A DNA stretch of 64,000 nt. Source: Bacteroidota bacterium. Lineage in GTDB: Bacteria; Pseudomonadota; Alphaproteobacteria; Rhizobiales; Hyphomicrobiaceae. Position numbers and translations under genes: made by a program. Every line of letters begins with the position of its first letter. Position 1 is the stretch's first letter. Shown here one piece after another: positions 55,082-64,000 of this stretch. The DNA is taken from contig JBLNBZ010000137.1 of the NCBI GenBank assembly GCA_050260355.1, positions 2,456 to 66,455 on the forward strand, read 5' to 3'. The notes under the pieces are model-generated. The model worked only from the letters and a program-made list of their open reading frames with translations. It was not told the DNA's origin and searched no databases.

Positions 55082-56674
55082 ATGAGCTCTATGACGAGTA
55101 TCGCGCCGGCAGCGGCGGCAACGGTGGCCCGAGCTACGGGTGCCAATCAGGCTCCGCCTGCGACTCTCGTGCTGTTCGGCGCCGCCGGCGATCTGACCAA
55201 GCGTCTCGTCGTGCCCGCACTCTACAATCTGGTGCGCGCCGGAAGGCTCGCCGAAGGCTTCTCTATTGTCGGCGTCGATCATGGCGATCTCACCAGCGAA
55301 ACTTGGCGTCAGGGCCTCGGGCAAACGATGCAGTCGTACGTGCGGTCCGGCGATGGTGAGTTTCACGCCGATGCCATTGACGAGCAGGCCTGGGGCTGGC
55401 TCACGCGCCGCATGAGCTATCTGCGGGGTGATTTCACCAAAGCCGAGACGTACAGCCGGCTGGGCGCCCTGCTCGCCGATCAAGACAGAAGCGAGGGCGG
55501 GAGCGGCAACGTTCTGTTCTACCTGGCGGTCGCCGACAGGTTCTTCGGCCCTGTGGTCGAGCAGCTCGGGCGCGCGGGCCTGACCCGCCAAACGAACGGC
55601 GCGTGGCGGCGCGTGATCATCGAGAAGCCGTTCGGCCACGACCTAACCTCGGCGCGGGCGCTCAATGCGCAGATTCTGAAGGTGCTGTCGGAAGACCAGG
55701 TCTACCGGATCGATCACTTCCTCGGCAAAGAGACGGTCCAAAACATCCTGGTGCTGCGCTTCGCCAACGGCATTCTCGAGCCGCTCTGGAACCGCGAGCA
55801 CGTCGATCATGTGCAGATCACTGCAGCAGAGACGGTCGGCGTCGAGGGTCGTGGACGATTTTACGAAAGCACCGGCGCTTTGCGCGACATGGTGCCGAAC
55901 CACCTGTTCCAGCTCCTCGCCATGATCGCGATGGAGCCGCCGATCTCCTTCAACGCCGAGGCCGTGCGTGCCAAGAAAACGGAGCTTTTCTCCGCCATTC
56001 ACCCGATCACGCCAGACTGCGCCGTCCGCGGCCAGTACGGGGCGGGTACGGTGCTTGGCCGCTCCGTGCGCGACTATCGGCACGAACCCAACGTCGCGCC
56101 GGATTCCAAAACCGAGACCTACGTCGCGCTCAAGCTCGGCATCGACAATTGGCGCTGGGCCGGCGTGCCGTTCTATTTGCGCACCGGCAAGTACCTGTCA
56201 GGGCGCACGACCGAGATTGCGATCCAGTTCCGGCAGGCGCCCTACGCGCTGTTCCGCGAAACGCCGATCGAGCGGCTACCCCCCAACATTCTGACGCTGC
56301 GGATCCAGCCTGACGAGGGGATGTCCGTGAGCTTCAGTGCCAAGCGTCCCGGCCCCGAGATCGAGATCAAGGGCGTGGCGATGGACTTCTCGTATCGCGA
56401 CTATTTCGAGCCGCTCACGGCGGTTGGCTACGAGACGCTGATCTACGACTGCCTGATCGGCGATGCGACGCTGTTCCAGCGCGCCGACACGGTCGAGGCG
56501 GCCTGGTGCGCTGTTCAGCGTGTCCTGGATGCCTGGGCCGCACAGCCTCCGCATGATTTCCCGAATTACACCGCCGGCAGCTCGGGACCCGAGGCCGCAG
56601 ATCGGCTCCTCGCACGTGATGGGCATGCCTGGCTCCCGATTCAGGCTGAGCCATCGAAGAAAGATCGCGCATGA
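55082..56674 (+). CDS. zwf: glucose-6-phosphate dehydrogenase
   Basis: [19 protein letters not shown] and LRFANG motifs. Confidence 0.9.
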   Translation: MSSMTSIAPAAAATVARATGANQAPPATLVLFGAAGDLTKRLVVPALYNLVRAGRLAEGFSIVGVDHGDLTSETWRQGLGQTMQSYVRSGDGEFHADAIDEQAWGWLTRRMSYLRGDFTKAETYSRLGALLADQDRSEGGSGNVLFYLAVADRFFGPVVEQLGRAGLTRQTNGAWRRVIIEKPFGHDLTSARALNAQILKVLSEDQVYRIDHFLGKETVQNILVLRFANGILEPLWNREHVDHVQITAAETVGVEGRGRFYESTGALRDMVPNHLFQLLAMIAMEPPISFNAEAVRAKKTELFSAIHPITPDCAVRGQYGAGTVLGRSVRDYRHEPNVAPDSKTETYVALKLGIDNWRWAGVPFYLRTGKYLSGRTTEIAIQFRQAPYALFRETPIERLPPNILTLRIQPDEGMSVSFSAKRPGPEIEIKGVAMDFSYRDYFEPLTAVGYETLIYDCLIGDATLFQRADTVEAAWCAVQRVLDAWAAQPPHDFPNYTAGSSGPEAADRLLARDGHAWLPIQAEPSKKDRA

Positions 56675-57480
56675 CAAAGGCCGGAAAGATTTCGCTGCTC
56701 CTGGCCGATGTCGACGGCACGCTTGTCACGCGCGACAAGATCCTGACTGAGCGCGCACAAAGCGCGGTGCAGCGCCTGCACCGCGCCGGCGTGCGGTTCG
56801 CTATCACCAGCGGCCGGCCACCGAAGGGCATGGCCATGCTCATCGAGCCGCTCGCCCTCGATACGCCGATCGCCGGCTTCAACGGCGGGATGTTCGTGCG
56901 ACCAGATCTCTCCATCATCGAGGGGCGGACGCTCGCGCCTGACGCGGCCGCACGGACGGTCGAGCTCATTTTGGACCATGGCCTCGACGCATGGGTTTAT
57001 GCCGGCAACGACTGGCTGATACGGGATCCGAAAGCGCCGCACGTCGATCGTGAGGCGTGGACGGTCAAGTTCCCGCCGAAGGTCGTCAAGGACTTCAGCG
57101 GGGTCCTGAACCAGGTCGTGAAGATCGTCGGCATCAGCGACGATTACGACCTCGTCAAACGCTGCGAAGCCGATACGCAAAAGACTCTTGGCGACCGCGC
57201 CACCGCAGCTCGCTCGCAACCTTACTATCTCGATGTGACGCATCGCGACGCGAACAAGGGCTTCGTTGTGGACTACCTTTCGCGCACCCTGAGCATTCCT
57301 TCTACAGAGATCGCCACTATCGGTGATCAGCCCAACGACGTGCTGATGTTCAAGCGATCGGGGCTCAGCATCGCTATGGGCAATTCGGGTGATGACGTGA
57401 AGCGCCAGGCAAGCGCAACCACCGACTCCAATGAGGATGAAGGCTTCGCAAAGGCGATCGAGCGCTTCATCCTGACCTGA
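56671..57480 (+). CDS. Cof-type HAD-IIB phosphatase
   Basis: [10 protein letters not shown] nucleophile motif, ITSGRP, and [10 protein letters not shown]. The ATG overlaps the zwf TGA (ATGA). Confidence 0.85.
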   Translation: MTKAGKISLLLADVDGTLVTRDKILTERAQSAVQRLHRAGVRFAITSGRPPKGMAMLIEPLALDTPIAGFNGGMFVRPDLSIIEGRTLAPDAAARTVELILDHGLDAWVYAGNDWLIRDPKAPHVDREAWTVKFPPKVVKDFSGVLNQVVKIVGISDDYDLVKRCEADTQKTLGDRATAARSQPYYLDVTHRDANKGFVVDYLSRTLSIPSTEIATIGDQPNDVLMFKRSGLSIAMGNSGDDVKRQASATTDSNEDEGFAKAIERFILT

Positions 57481-57500
57481 GCCATGCATGAGGCCACACC

Positions 57501-58586
57501 ATGAAGGCGACCCAAACACTGCGCGACCTCGGCCAAAGCCTGTGGATCGACAACATTACGCGCAATCTGCTGCGCAGCGGCACGCTTCGTCGCTACATCG
57601 ACGAGCTCTCGATCACGGGACTGACATCGAACCCGACAATCTTCGATCATGCGATCAAGAACAGCACTGATTACGACGAATGCATCGCCAGGAAAATCAG
57701 GGAGGGCAAATCGGGAGAGCGGTTGTTCTTCGAGCTGGCACTCGAGGATTTGACGGATGCAGCCGACTTGTTTCAGCCAATCTACGACCGCACGCGCGGC
57801 GTTGATGGATGGGTGTCGCTGGAGGTCTCGCCGCTGCTCGCCCATGATACGAGGGTCACCATCGACGTCGCCAAGGATCTGCATGCTCGCGCTGGCCGGT
57901 CCAATCTGCTGATCAAGATTCCGGGGACGCAGGAAGGGCTGCCCGCCATCGAGGAGGCGATCTTTGCCGGCGTACCGATCAACGTCACGCTGCTGTTCTC
58001 ACGCGAGCAGTACTTGGCTGCCGCCGACGCATTCATGCGGGGAATCGAGCGGCGCATCGAGGCCGGACGCGCGCCCGACGTCGCCTCGGTTGCCTCGCTC
58101 TTCGTCAGTCGGTGGGACGTCGCAGTGGCCGGCAAGGTGCCGGAGGAGCTGAGGAATCAGCTCGGGATCGCGATAGCCAAGCGCACCTACAAGGCTTACC
58201 GATCTCTGCTCGGCTCCCCCCGCTGGCAACGCGCCTTCAATGCGGGCGCGCGTCCGCAGCGCTTGCTTTGGGCAAGCACCGGAACCAAAGACCCCAAGGC
58301 CCCGGATCTTCTCTATGTCAAAGCCCTCGCAGCGCCTCTCACAGTCAATACGATGCCCGAGGGTACGCTCCGGGCGCTGGCGGATCATGGAGATATCGGT
58401 GAGATCCTGCCGCCGGATGGCGGCGACGCCGAGGAGATACTGGGTAGGTTCGCCAGAGCCGGCATTGATGTCGACGCTCTCGCCGCCCAGCTTCAGGACG
58501 AAGGTGCGCAGTCCTTCGTCAAATCGTGGAATGATCTTATGGACGTCATTGCGGGTAAGTGTGCCGCTCTCAAGAAGGCCAGCTGA
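57501..58586 (+). CDS. tal: transaldolase (long, about 360-aa type)
   Basis: GQSLWIDNITR...GLTSNPTIF...LIKIPGT...NVTLLFS. Confidence 0.9.
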   Translation: MKATQTLRDLGQSLWIDNITRNLLRSGTLRRYIDELSITGLTSNPTIFDHAIKNSTDYDECIARKIREGKSGERLFFELALEDLTDAADLFQPIYDRTRGVDGWVSLEVSPLLAHDTRVTIDVAKDLHARAGRSNLLIKIPGTQEGLPAIEEAIFAGVPINVTLLFSREQYLAAADAFMRGIERRIEAGRAPDVASVASLFVSRWDVAVAGKVPEELRNQLGIAIAKRTYKAYRSLLGSPRWQRAFNAGARPQRLLWASTGTKDPKAPDLLYVKALAAPLTVNTMPEGTLRALADHGDIGEILPPDGGDAEEILGRFARAGIDVDALAAQLQDEGAQSFVKSWNDLMDVIAGKCAALKKAS

Positions 58587-58625
58587 TGCACTGACGCGGC
58601 ACCCGCAGACGAAAGGACGAAAACC

Positions 58626-60287
58626 ATGGCAGCGAGTGCGGAAGCACAAGTAAAGCCGGCAGCCGGAAAACGCGCGGCGTGGCAGGCGCTGAACGATCAT
58701 CACAGAGAGATAGAGCGGCTACGACTGCAAGACTTGTTTGCCGCCGACGCCAGGCGCGGGGAGCGTATGACAGCCGAGGCCGCAGGCGTCTTCCTCGATT
58801 ACTCCAAGAACCGTATCACTGACGAGACGATCAAGCTGTTGGTCGGCCTTGCCGAACAAAGCGGACTGCGACAGCGGATCGACGCTATGTTCCGCGGCGA
58901 GCGGATCAATACGACCGAGAATCGTTCCGTCCTGCATGTCGCTCTGCGCGCGCCGCGCGGTGCGTCGATCATCGTGGATGGCCATAACGTCGTGCCCGAT
59001 GTTCATGCAGTGCTGGACAAGATGGCCGCTTTTGCAAACCGCGTCCGCAGCAGTCAATGGAGGGGCCATACCGGAAAGCCTATCCGCAACGTCGTCAATA
59101 TCGGGATCGGCGGCTCCGACCTCGGACCGGTGATGGCCTACGAGGCGCTGAAGTCCTATAGCGACCGGGCCATGACGTTCCGTTTCGTCTCCAACGTCGA
59201 CGGGACTGATTTTGTCGAGGCGACCAGGGACCTCGATCCGGCAGAAACGCTCTTCGTTGTCTCATCCAAGACGTTCACGACCCTCGAGACAATGACAAAT
59301 GCCCATAGCGCCCGCGAATGGTCGCTCGGAGGGCTTGGCGGAGACGCCAAGGCGGTCGCCCGGCATTTCGTTGCCGTCTCCACCAATGCCGAGAAGGTCG
59401 CGGAGTTCGGCATAGACCCGGACAACATGTTCGAGTTCTGGGACTGGGTCGGCGGCCGCTATTCCATGGATTCCGCGATCGGCCTTTCGACCATGCTGGC
59501 CATCGGGCCAGACAACTTCCGCGCCATGCTCGATGGCTTCCACGAAATCGACGAGCACTTCCGCACGGCACCGTTCGAGCGGAACCTGCCGGTGCTTATG
59601 GGCCTGCTCGCCATCTGGTACAATGATTTCTTCGGTGCCGAGACCGTCGCGGTGCTGCCTTATGAGCAGTACCTGAAGCGCTTTCCGGCCTATCTCCAAC
59701 AACTGACGATGGAGAGCAACGGCAAGCACGTGACGCTGGAGGGGTCGCACGTCGCTTGTCCGACGGGTCCCATCTACTGGGGTGAGCCAGGGACCAACGG
59801 TCAGCACTCCTTCTACCAGCTGATCCACCAGGGGACGCGGCTGATCCCGTGCGACTTCATCGCGTTCGGGCAGCCTCTCAATCCCCTGGGCCGCCACCAT
59901 GACATTCTGTTGGCAAACGTCTTCGCTCAGGCTGAGGCGCTCGCCTTCGGCAAGACACGCGAGCAGGTCGAAGCGGAGGGAACGCCGAAGTGGCTGGTTC
60001 CCCACCGCACCTTCGAGGGCAACCGGCCGTCGAACATGATCCTGATGGAGCGTCTAACGCCGGCGGCGCTCGGCAAGCTCGTGGCGCTTTACGAGCACAA
60101 CGTCTTCACGCAAGGGGTCATCTGGAACATCGACTCGTTCGACCAATGGGGCGTCGAGCTGGGCAAGGTTCTGGCTCAGCGCATCATCCCGGAGATCGAG
60201 AGCGAGAAGGAACCGGCGCTTCAGCATGATAGCTCGACGAACAACCTGATCCGCCGCCTTCGCCGAATGAAAGGAACGCCGGCGTAG
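58626..60287 (+). CDS. pgi: glucose-6-phosphate isomerase
   Basis: [24 protein letters not shown] and DQWGVELGK motifs. Confidence 0.9.
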   Translation: MAASAEAQVKPAAGKRAAWQALNDHHREIERLRLQDLFAADARRGERMTAEAAGVFLDYSKNRITDETIKLLVGLAEQSGLRQRIDAMFRGERINTTENRSVLHVALRAPRGASIIVDGHNVVPDVHAVLDKMAAFANRVRSSQWRGHTGKPIRNVVNIGIGGSDLGPVMAYEALKSYSDRAMTFRFVSNVDGTDFVEATRDLDPAETLFVVSSKTFTTLETMTNAHSAREWSLGGLGGDAKAVARHFVAVSTNAEKVAEFGIDPDNMFEFWDWVGGRYSMDSAIGLSTMLAIGPDNFRAMLDGFHEIDEHFRTAPFERNLPVLMGLLAIWYNDFFGAETVAVLPYEQYLKRFPAYLQQLTMESNGKHVTLEGSHVACPTGPIYWGEPGTNGQHSFYQLIHQGTRLIPCDFIAFGQPLNPLGRHHDILLANVFAQAEALAFGKTREQVEAEGTPKWLVPHRTFEGNRPSNMILMERLTPAALGKLVALYEHNVFTQGVIWNIDSFDQWGVELGKVLAQRIIPEIESEKEPALQHDSSTNNLIRRLRRMKGTPA

Positions 60288-60390
60288 ACCTCGATGAGAG
60301 CTTCGCGCTGGTGCAGCGCGCTGAGGCTCTGGTCGGTGAAGGCGTCGGGACAACCATCAGGCGGCACCTGAGCTTAACGGAGTGACCTAC

Positions 60391-61407
60391 ATGCAACTGG
60401 CGATGATCGGATTGGGCCGGATGGGTGCCAACATGGTGCGCCGCCTCCTCAAGGGCGGGCACGATTGTGTCGTCTTCGCCACGTCGACCAAGTCGATCGA
60501 GGCGCTGGCTCGAGAGGGCGCGATCGGAACGTCGTCCCTTGCTGAGATGGCGAGCAAGCTCGCAAAGCCGCGCGCCGTTTGGCTGATGATTCCGGCTGCC
60601 GCCGTGGATAAGACGATCGCCGACCTCCTTCCTCACCTCGACGCCGGCGACACGATCATCGACGGCGGCAATTCCTACTACGTCGACGATATTCGCCGCG
60701 CAAAGGAGCTTAGTCAGCGAAAGATCAACTACGTCGATGTGGGGACTAGTGGAGGCGTTTGGGGCCTCGAGCGCGGCTACTGCATGATGATCGGTGGACC
60801 CGATGAGGCCGTGCGCCGCCTCGATCCCATCTTCAAGACATTGGCGCCCGGGCGAGGGGATATCGCCCGTACCCCGGGGCGGGAGACGCTCGACGGCACA
60901 GCGGAGCACGGTTATCTTCACTGCGGTCCGAACGGAGCCGGCCACTTCGTCAAGATGGTCCATAACGGGATCGAGTACGGCGTCATGGCGGCCTACGCGG
61001 AAGGTCTCAACGTTCTGCGCGGCGCCAATGTCGGCAAGCAGCAGCACGCCGTCGATGCAGAGACGACGCCGCTGCGCGATCCAGAGCTTTACCAGTACGA
61101 TTTCAACCTCCGCGACATCGCAGAAGTCTGGCGACGCGGCAGCGTTATCGCCTCATGGCTGCTGGATCTGTCGGCGGCGGCTTTGGTGAAGGATCCGACA
61201 TTGTCTGGATTTGCGGGGAGGGTAGCGGATTCCGGCGAGGGACGGTGGACGATCAAGGCTGCCATCGACGAGGCCGTGCCGGTCCCTGTGCTCTCGAGTG
61301 CGCTCTATGAGCGCTTCAGCTCCCGCGGCGAGGCGGACTTCCAGGACAAGCTGCTGTCCGCGATGCGCTTCCAATTCGGTGGACACGTGGAGAAGCCGGC
61401 GGGCTGA
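60391..61407 (+). CDS. gnd: 6-phosphogluconate dehydrogenase, decarboxylating, short form
   Basis: MQLAMIGLGRMGANMVRRL, GGNSYY, GTSGGVWG and KMVHNGIEYG. ATG 60391 follows AACGGAG; GTG 60382 possible. Confidence 0.85.
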   Translation: MQLAMIGLGRMGANMVRRLLKGGHDCVVFATSTKSIEALAREGAIGTSSLAEMASKLAKPRAVWLMIPAAAVDKTIADLLPHLDAGDTIIDGGNSYYVDDIRRAKELSQRKINYVDVGTSGGVWGLERGYCMMIGGPDEAVRRLDPIFKTLAPGRGDIARTPGRETLDGTAEHGYLHCGPNGAGHFVKMVHNGIEYGVMAAYAEGLNVLRGANVGKQQHAVDAETTPLRDPELYQYDFNLRDIAEVWRRGSVIASWLLDLSAAALVKDPTLSGFAGRVADSGEGRWTIKAAIDEAVPVPVLSSALYERFSSRGEADFQDKLLSAMRFQFGGHVEKPAG

Positions 61408-61437
61408 CGGCTGCCGACGCGAAGCATCCAGAAGAAT

Positions 61438-63621
61438 TCAGGAGACAGCCGTCTCGGACTCCTTTTTCAGCCGATCGAACTGTGCCCCCATCCGGCCGCG
61501 CTGAACCGCCTTGGCGCTCCCGCGGAGCACCTCGAACTTCGTCTCTTCGCCTTCGCGCCAGAAGCGGATGTCGAACCGAAGCCGATCTATGCGAAGGTCG
61601 ATAAGCGTGAGGTCCGGCAGCCAGCTCGGCAGCTCGGGGTCCACGTACAGCTTGTGGTGCGCGGCGTCCGGCATGAGGCCTAGCATGGCCTGAATCAGCA
61701 TGAACACCGAGCCCGCGGCCCATGCCTGTGGCACGTTAGCGCCAAGATACTGAACCGGGAATTCTGCCGCGCGAGGGGCAGTGGTCGTGTAGAGTTCCGG
61801 AAGCTGATTGAAGAGGAAGTGGCTCCCCGCCTCACTGATTCCTCGTGCGATGCGTGCGGTCTCGGCACCAAATCCGTAGCGCCTGAAGCCCAGCGCGATG
61901 ATGGCGTTGTCGTGTGGCCACACCGATCCGGTCTGATAATTGTACGGGTTGAAGGCGGGATGCTCGCTGGAGAGCGTGCGGATGCCCCATCCGCTCCACA
62001 TATCCGGCGCCATCAGCCGCTGTACAACCTTGCGCGCCCGCTCCGGAGGAACGATGCCGGACCACAGGCAGTGCCCGGGATTCGACGCGATCGACAAGAC
62101 CTTCTTCTTGTCGCCGTCGAGTGCGTAGGCATAAAAACCGAGATCGTCGTCCCAGAACGCGTCGTTGAAATGCTTGAACAAGTCGGCCGCCTTCGCGCGC
62201 AGCTCGCAGGCTCGCTCATGCTTGCCGAGCTCGTCGAAGATCTCGGCCATCCTGAGCCACGCGTCATAGACGTAGCCTTGCAGCTCGCAAAGCGCTTTCG
62301 GTCCCTTCACCGGCGACCCATCCGGGTAGACGACGGCGTCCCCGGAGTCCTTCCAGCCCATGTTCTCGTAACCGACCGGTGACCGCGTCTGATACTCCTG
62401 GAATCCGTCGCCGTCGCGGTCGCCACAGTTGTCGATCCAGGAAAGGCAGCCCTCCGCGGTCTCCAGATGCTGCTCGAGCAACGTTCGGTCACCGGTGGAG
62501 CGCCAGGTTGCGTGCAGCGTGATGAGATAGAGCGGGGTGGCATCCGCAGTTCCGTAATAGGGCGTATGGGGTATCAGCTTGAAGTGCGCCAGCTCCCCGT
62601 AGCGGACCTCGTGCGGGATCTTACCAGGCTCCGCATCGCGGTAGTCGTCGCGTTCCTTGGCCTGCAGTGAGCCGAGTATCTCAAGCGCGCCGCGAGCGAA
62701 CCCGGGATAGATCAGCAGGTTCTGGAGAGAGACGATCAGACTGTCACGACCGAACGGCGCAACGAACCAGGGCAGACCCGCGGCTGGCAGAAACACCATA
62801 TGATCGGTACCGCCGATTGGGAGGCGGAGCGCGGCCATGTCCTCGAGCGCCTGACGGTAAAGGCGGTAAAACTCTTCATTGCTGGTCCGGATCTTCAGCA
62901 CCGTCTGCACCCAGTCGGCGAGCGTCTCGGCGTGACGCAGCTTGTGACTGTCAGCGACGCAATAATTGGGGGGCGCGAACTGCCGCTCGCCATCGGTCAT
63001 CGCGTAGAGAAGGCAGCAGTGCCACGCCTCGCCCGGCGCGAGGCTCACCTCGAAGCTGAGGCGCCCGTTGGCCAGCACCGCCCTTGGTCCACTACGCTCG
63101 GGCGTGACCGCAATCGAGCGCACGAAATCCGCGTTGCGATATGTCGTGCATAGCTGCTGCTTCGAATCCGACCATTCCGTCGTGATCCGTCCGCGGCGGA
63201 CGATGTCACCTGACTTGACCTCGAAAATGTCCGCAAAGTCGGAGCGCAGCGCGATCTCGAGCTGGAAGCGCACCTGCTTCATGCTGTTATTGGTGATGTC
63301 GAGATCCTCGTGCATGCCGCCGCCGATGGATCGGCTCACGACGAGGCCGAGCGTACGGGCCGGAATGACACCGTCTTCGGTCGGGATGGCGCGATTGATA
63401 AGATAAACGTGCGAGGTGTAGTAGGTCGTGGCGCCGCCGTTCAAGAGGTCCCAGGGCACGCCGTTGGCGTAGATCGTCCAGCTGCTCAGCACGCGCGTGT
63501 CGAAGAAGAAGAGGCCGCGCTCGCTCGGCCAGTTGATCTGGGCGTCGAGATTGGTGACCAGCACCGTCTGGCCATGGTGAATGGTTATCTGCGGCGGGCC
63601 TACTTCAACTTTGAGCGGCAT
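61438..63621 (-). CDS. amylo-alpha-1,6-glucosidase / glycogen-debranching-like (alpha/alpha)6-barrel glycoside hydrolase
   Basis: The N-terminal beta-domain starts MPLKVEVGPPQITIHHGQTVLVTNLD... The catalytic region includes FGRDSLI, GKIPHE and WKDSGD. ATG 63621 lies 7 nt after the upstream stop. Confidence 0.85.
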   Translation of the reverse strand: MPLKVEVGPPQITIHHGQTVLVTNLDAQINWPSERGLFFFDTRVLSSWTIYANGVPWDLLNGGATTYYTSHVYLINRAIPTEDGVIPARTLGLVVSRSIGGGMHEDLDITNNSMKQVRFQLEIALRSDFADIFEVKSGDIVRRGRITTEWSDSKQQLCTTYRNADFVRSIAVTPERSGPRAVLANGRLSFEVSLAPGEAWHCCLLYAMTDGERQFAPPNYCVADSHKLRHAETLADWVQTVLKIRTSNEEFYRLYRQALEDMAALRLPIGGTDHMVFLPAAGLPWFVAPFGRDSLIVSLQNLLIYPGFARGALEILGSLQAKERDDYRDAEPGKIPHEVRYGELAHFKLIPHTPYYGTADATPLYLITLHATWRSTGDRTLLEQHLETAEGCLSWIDNCGDRDGDGFQEYQTRSPVGYENMGWKDSGDAVVYPDGSPVKGPKALCELQGYVYDAWLRMAEIFDELGKHERACELRAKAADLFKHFNDAFWDDDLGFYAYALDGDKKKVLSIASNPGHCLWSGIVPPERARKVVQRLMAPDMWSGWGIRTLSSEHPAFNPYNYQTGSVWPHDNAIIALGFRRYGFGAETARIARGISEAGSHFLFNQLPELYTTTAPRAAEFPVQYLGANVPQAWAAGSVFMLIQAMLGLMPDAAHHKLYVDPELPSWLPDLTLIDLRIDRLRFDIRFWREGEETKFEVLRGSAKAVQRGRMGAQFDRLKKESETAVS

Positions 63622-63628
63622 GGCGTTG

Positions 63629-64000
63629 CTAGCTTTTCGTTTTTCTGGGCCGTCGAATTGCCTGACGAGGCGCGCGCGTTGGGCGACGTCGAGGCGGTCC
63701 ATGGTGCATGGAGCACATCCGCGTTCCCGGCCTATGCTCCGGACGCTCGTGGGGCGGCTTCGCGGCAACGACCAGGTTGTGGGCGGTGTTGACGAGTGCG
63801 ATGTGGGAGAAAGCCTGCGGGAAATTGCCAACCAGGCGTTGCGCCCGCGGATCGTATTCCTCCGAGAGCAGCCCTACATCGTTGCAAAGACCTGTAAGCT
63901 TTCTGAAAAGCCGGCGCGCGTCCTCTGTGCGACCGAGCATCAAGAGGCAGTCCGCGAGCCAAAAGCTGCATGCCAGAAACGCGCCTTCGCCAGGAGGCAG
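63629..64000 (-). CDS. glycoside hydrolase family 15 (glucoamylase/trehalase-like), C-terminal part; continues beyond the window
   Basis: ...NDVGLLSEEYDPRAQRLVGNFPQAFSHIALVNTAHNL is the conserved GH15 C-terminus. The frame is open to base 64000. Confidence 0.8.
   Translation of the reverse strand: MPPGEGAFLACSFWLADCLLMLGRTEDARRLFRKLTGLCNDVGLLSEEYDPRAQRLVGNFPQAFSHIALVNTAHNLVVAAKPPHERPEHRPGTRMCSMHHGPPRRRPTRAPRQAIRRPRKTKS

Noticed and set aside
1-64000. CRISPR arrays, rRNA genes, intact IS elements/transposases, recognisable toxin-antitoxin pairs
   Set aside because: No regularly spaced short repeats, rRNA-like stretches, DDE/serine/tyrosine recombinase motifs or typical small toxin-antitoxin gene pairs were seen in any frame.

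Overview
High-G+C alphaproteobacterial chromosome segment. From memory, the gene order phaC - aminotransferase - hom - glpX - MFS - recJ - tRNA-Glu resembles Bradyrhizobium/Nitrobacteraceae; this was not checked against a database. I support about 60 protein genes, one tRNA-Glu(UUC), five or six gene remnants/pseudogenes, one clear intrinsic terminator and a few candidate regulatory sites. I found no rRNA, CRISPR array, intact IS/transposase or integrase. Most of the window is ordinary metabolism: class V aminotransferase, dgoKA, eda/kdgK, nadK, metY, hom, glpX, phaC, recJ and a tkt-zwf-tal-pgi-gnd block. Five places deserve a second look. (1) An AT-richer foreign segment at the left edge carries a DUF2971 gene tightly coupled to a Cys-rich ORF that runs off the window. 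(2) At 18.2-20.2 kb, a 650-nt non-coding region dense in DnaA-box-like repeats and palindromes precedes an orphan four-TM / coiled-coil / winged-helix-like protein with its own terminator. (3) A translationally coupled sulfotransferase-like / class IV aminotransferase pair looks like the split form of a plant fusion protein of unknown function. (4) A tetronate-like acid-sugar cluster has no visible kinase or decarboxylase. (5) A decayed accessory region starts at tRNA-Glu, with a head-to-head deletion scar, a homopolymer frameshift and a flavoprotein reductase that lost its second redox cysteine. It leads into a pentose-phosphate/glycoside-hydrolase block that lacks pgl. All family calls come from reading the translated ORFs and recalling motifs. 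No searches or statistics were run, and composition statements are by eye.
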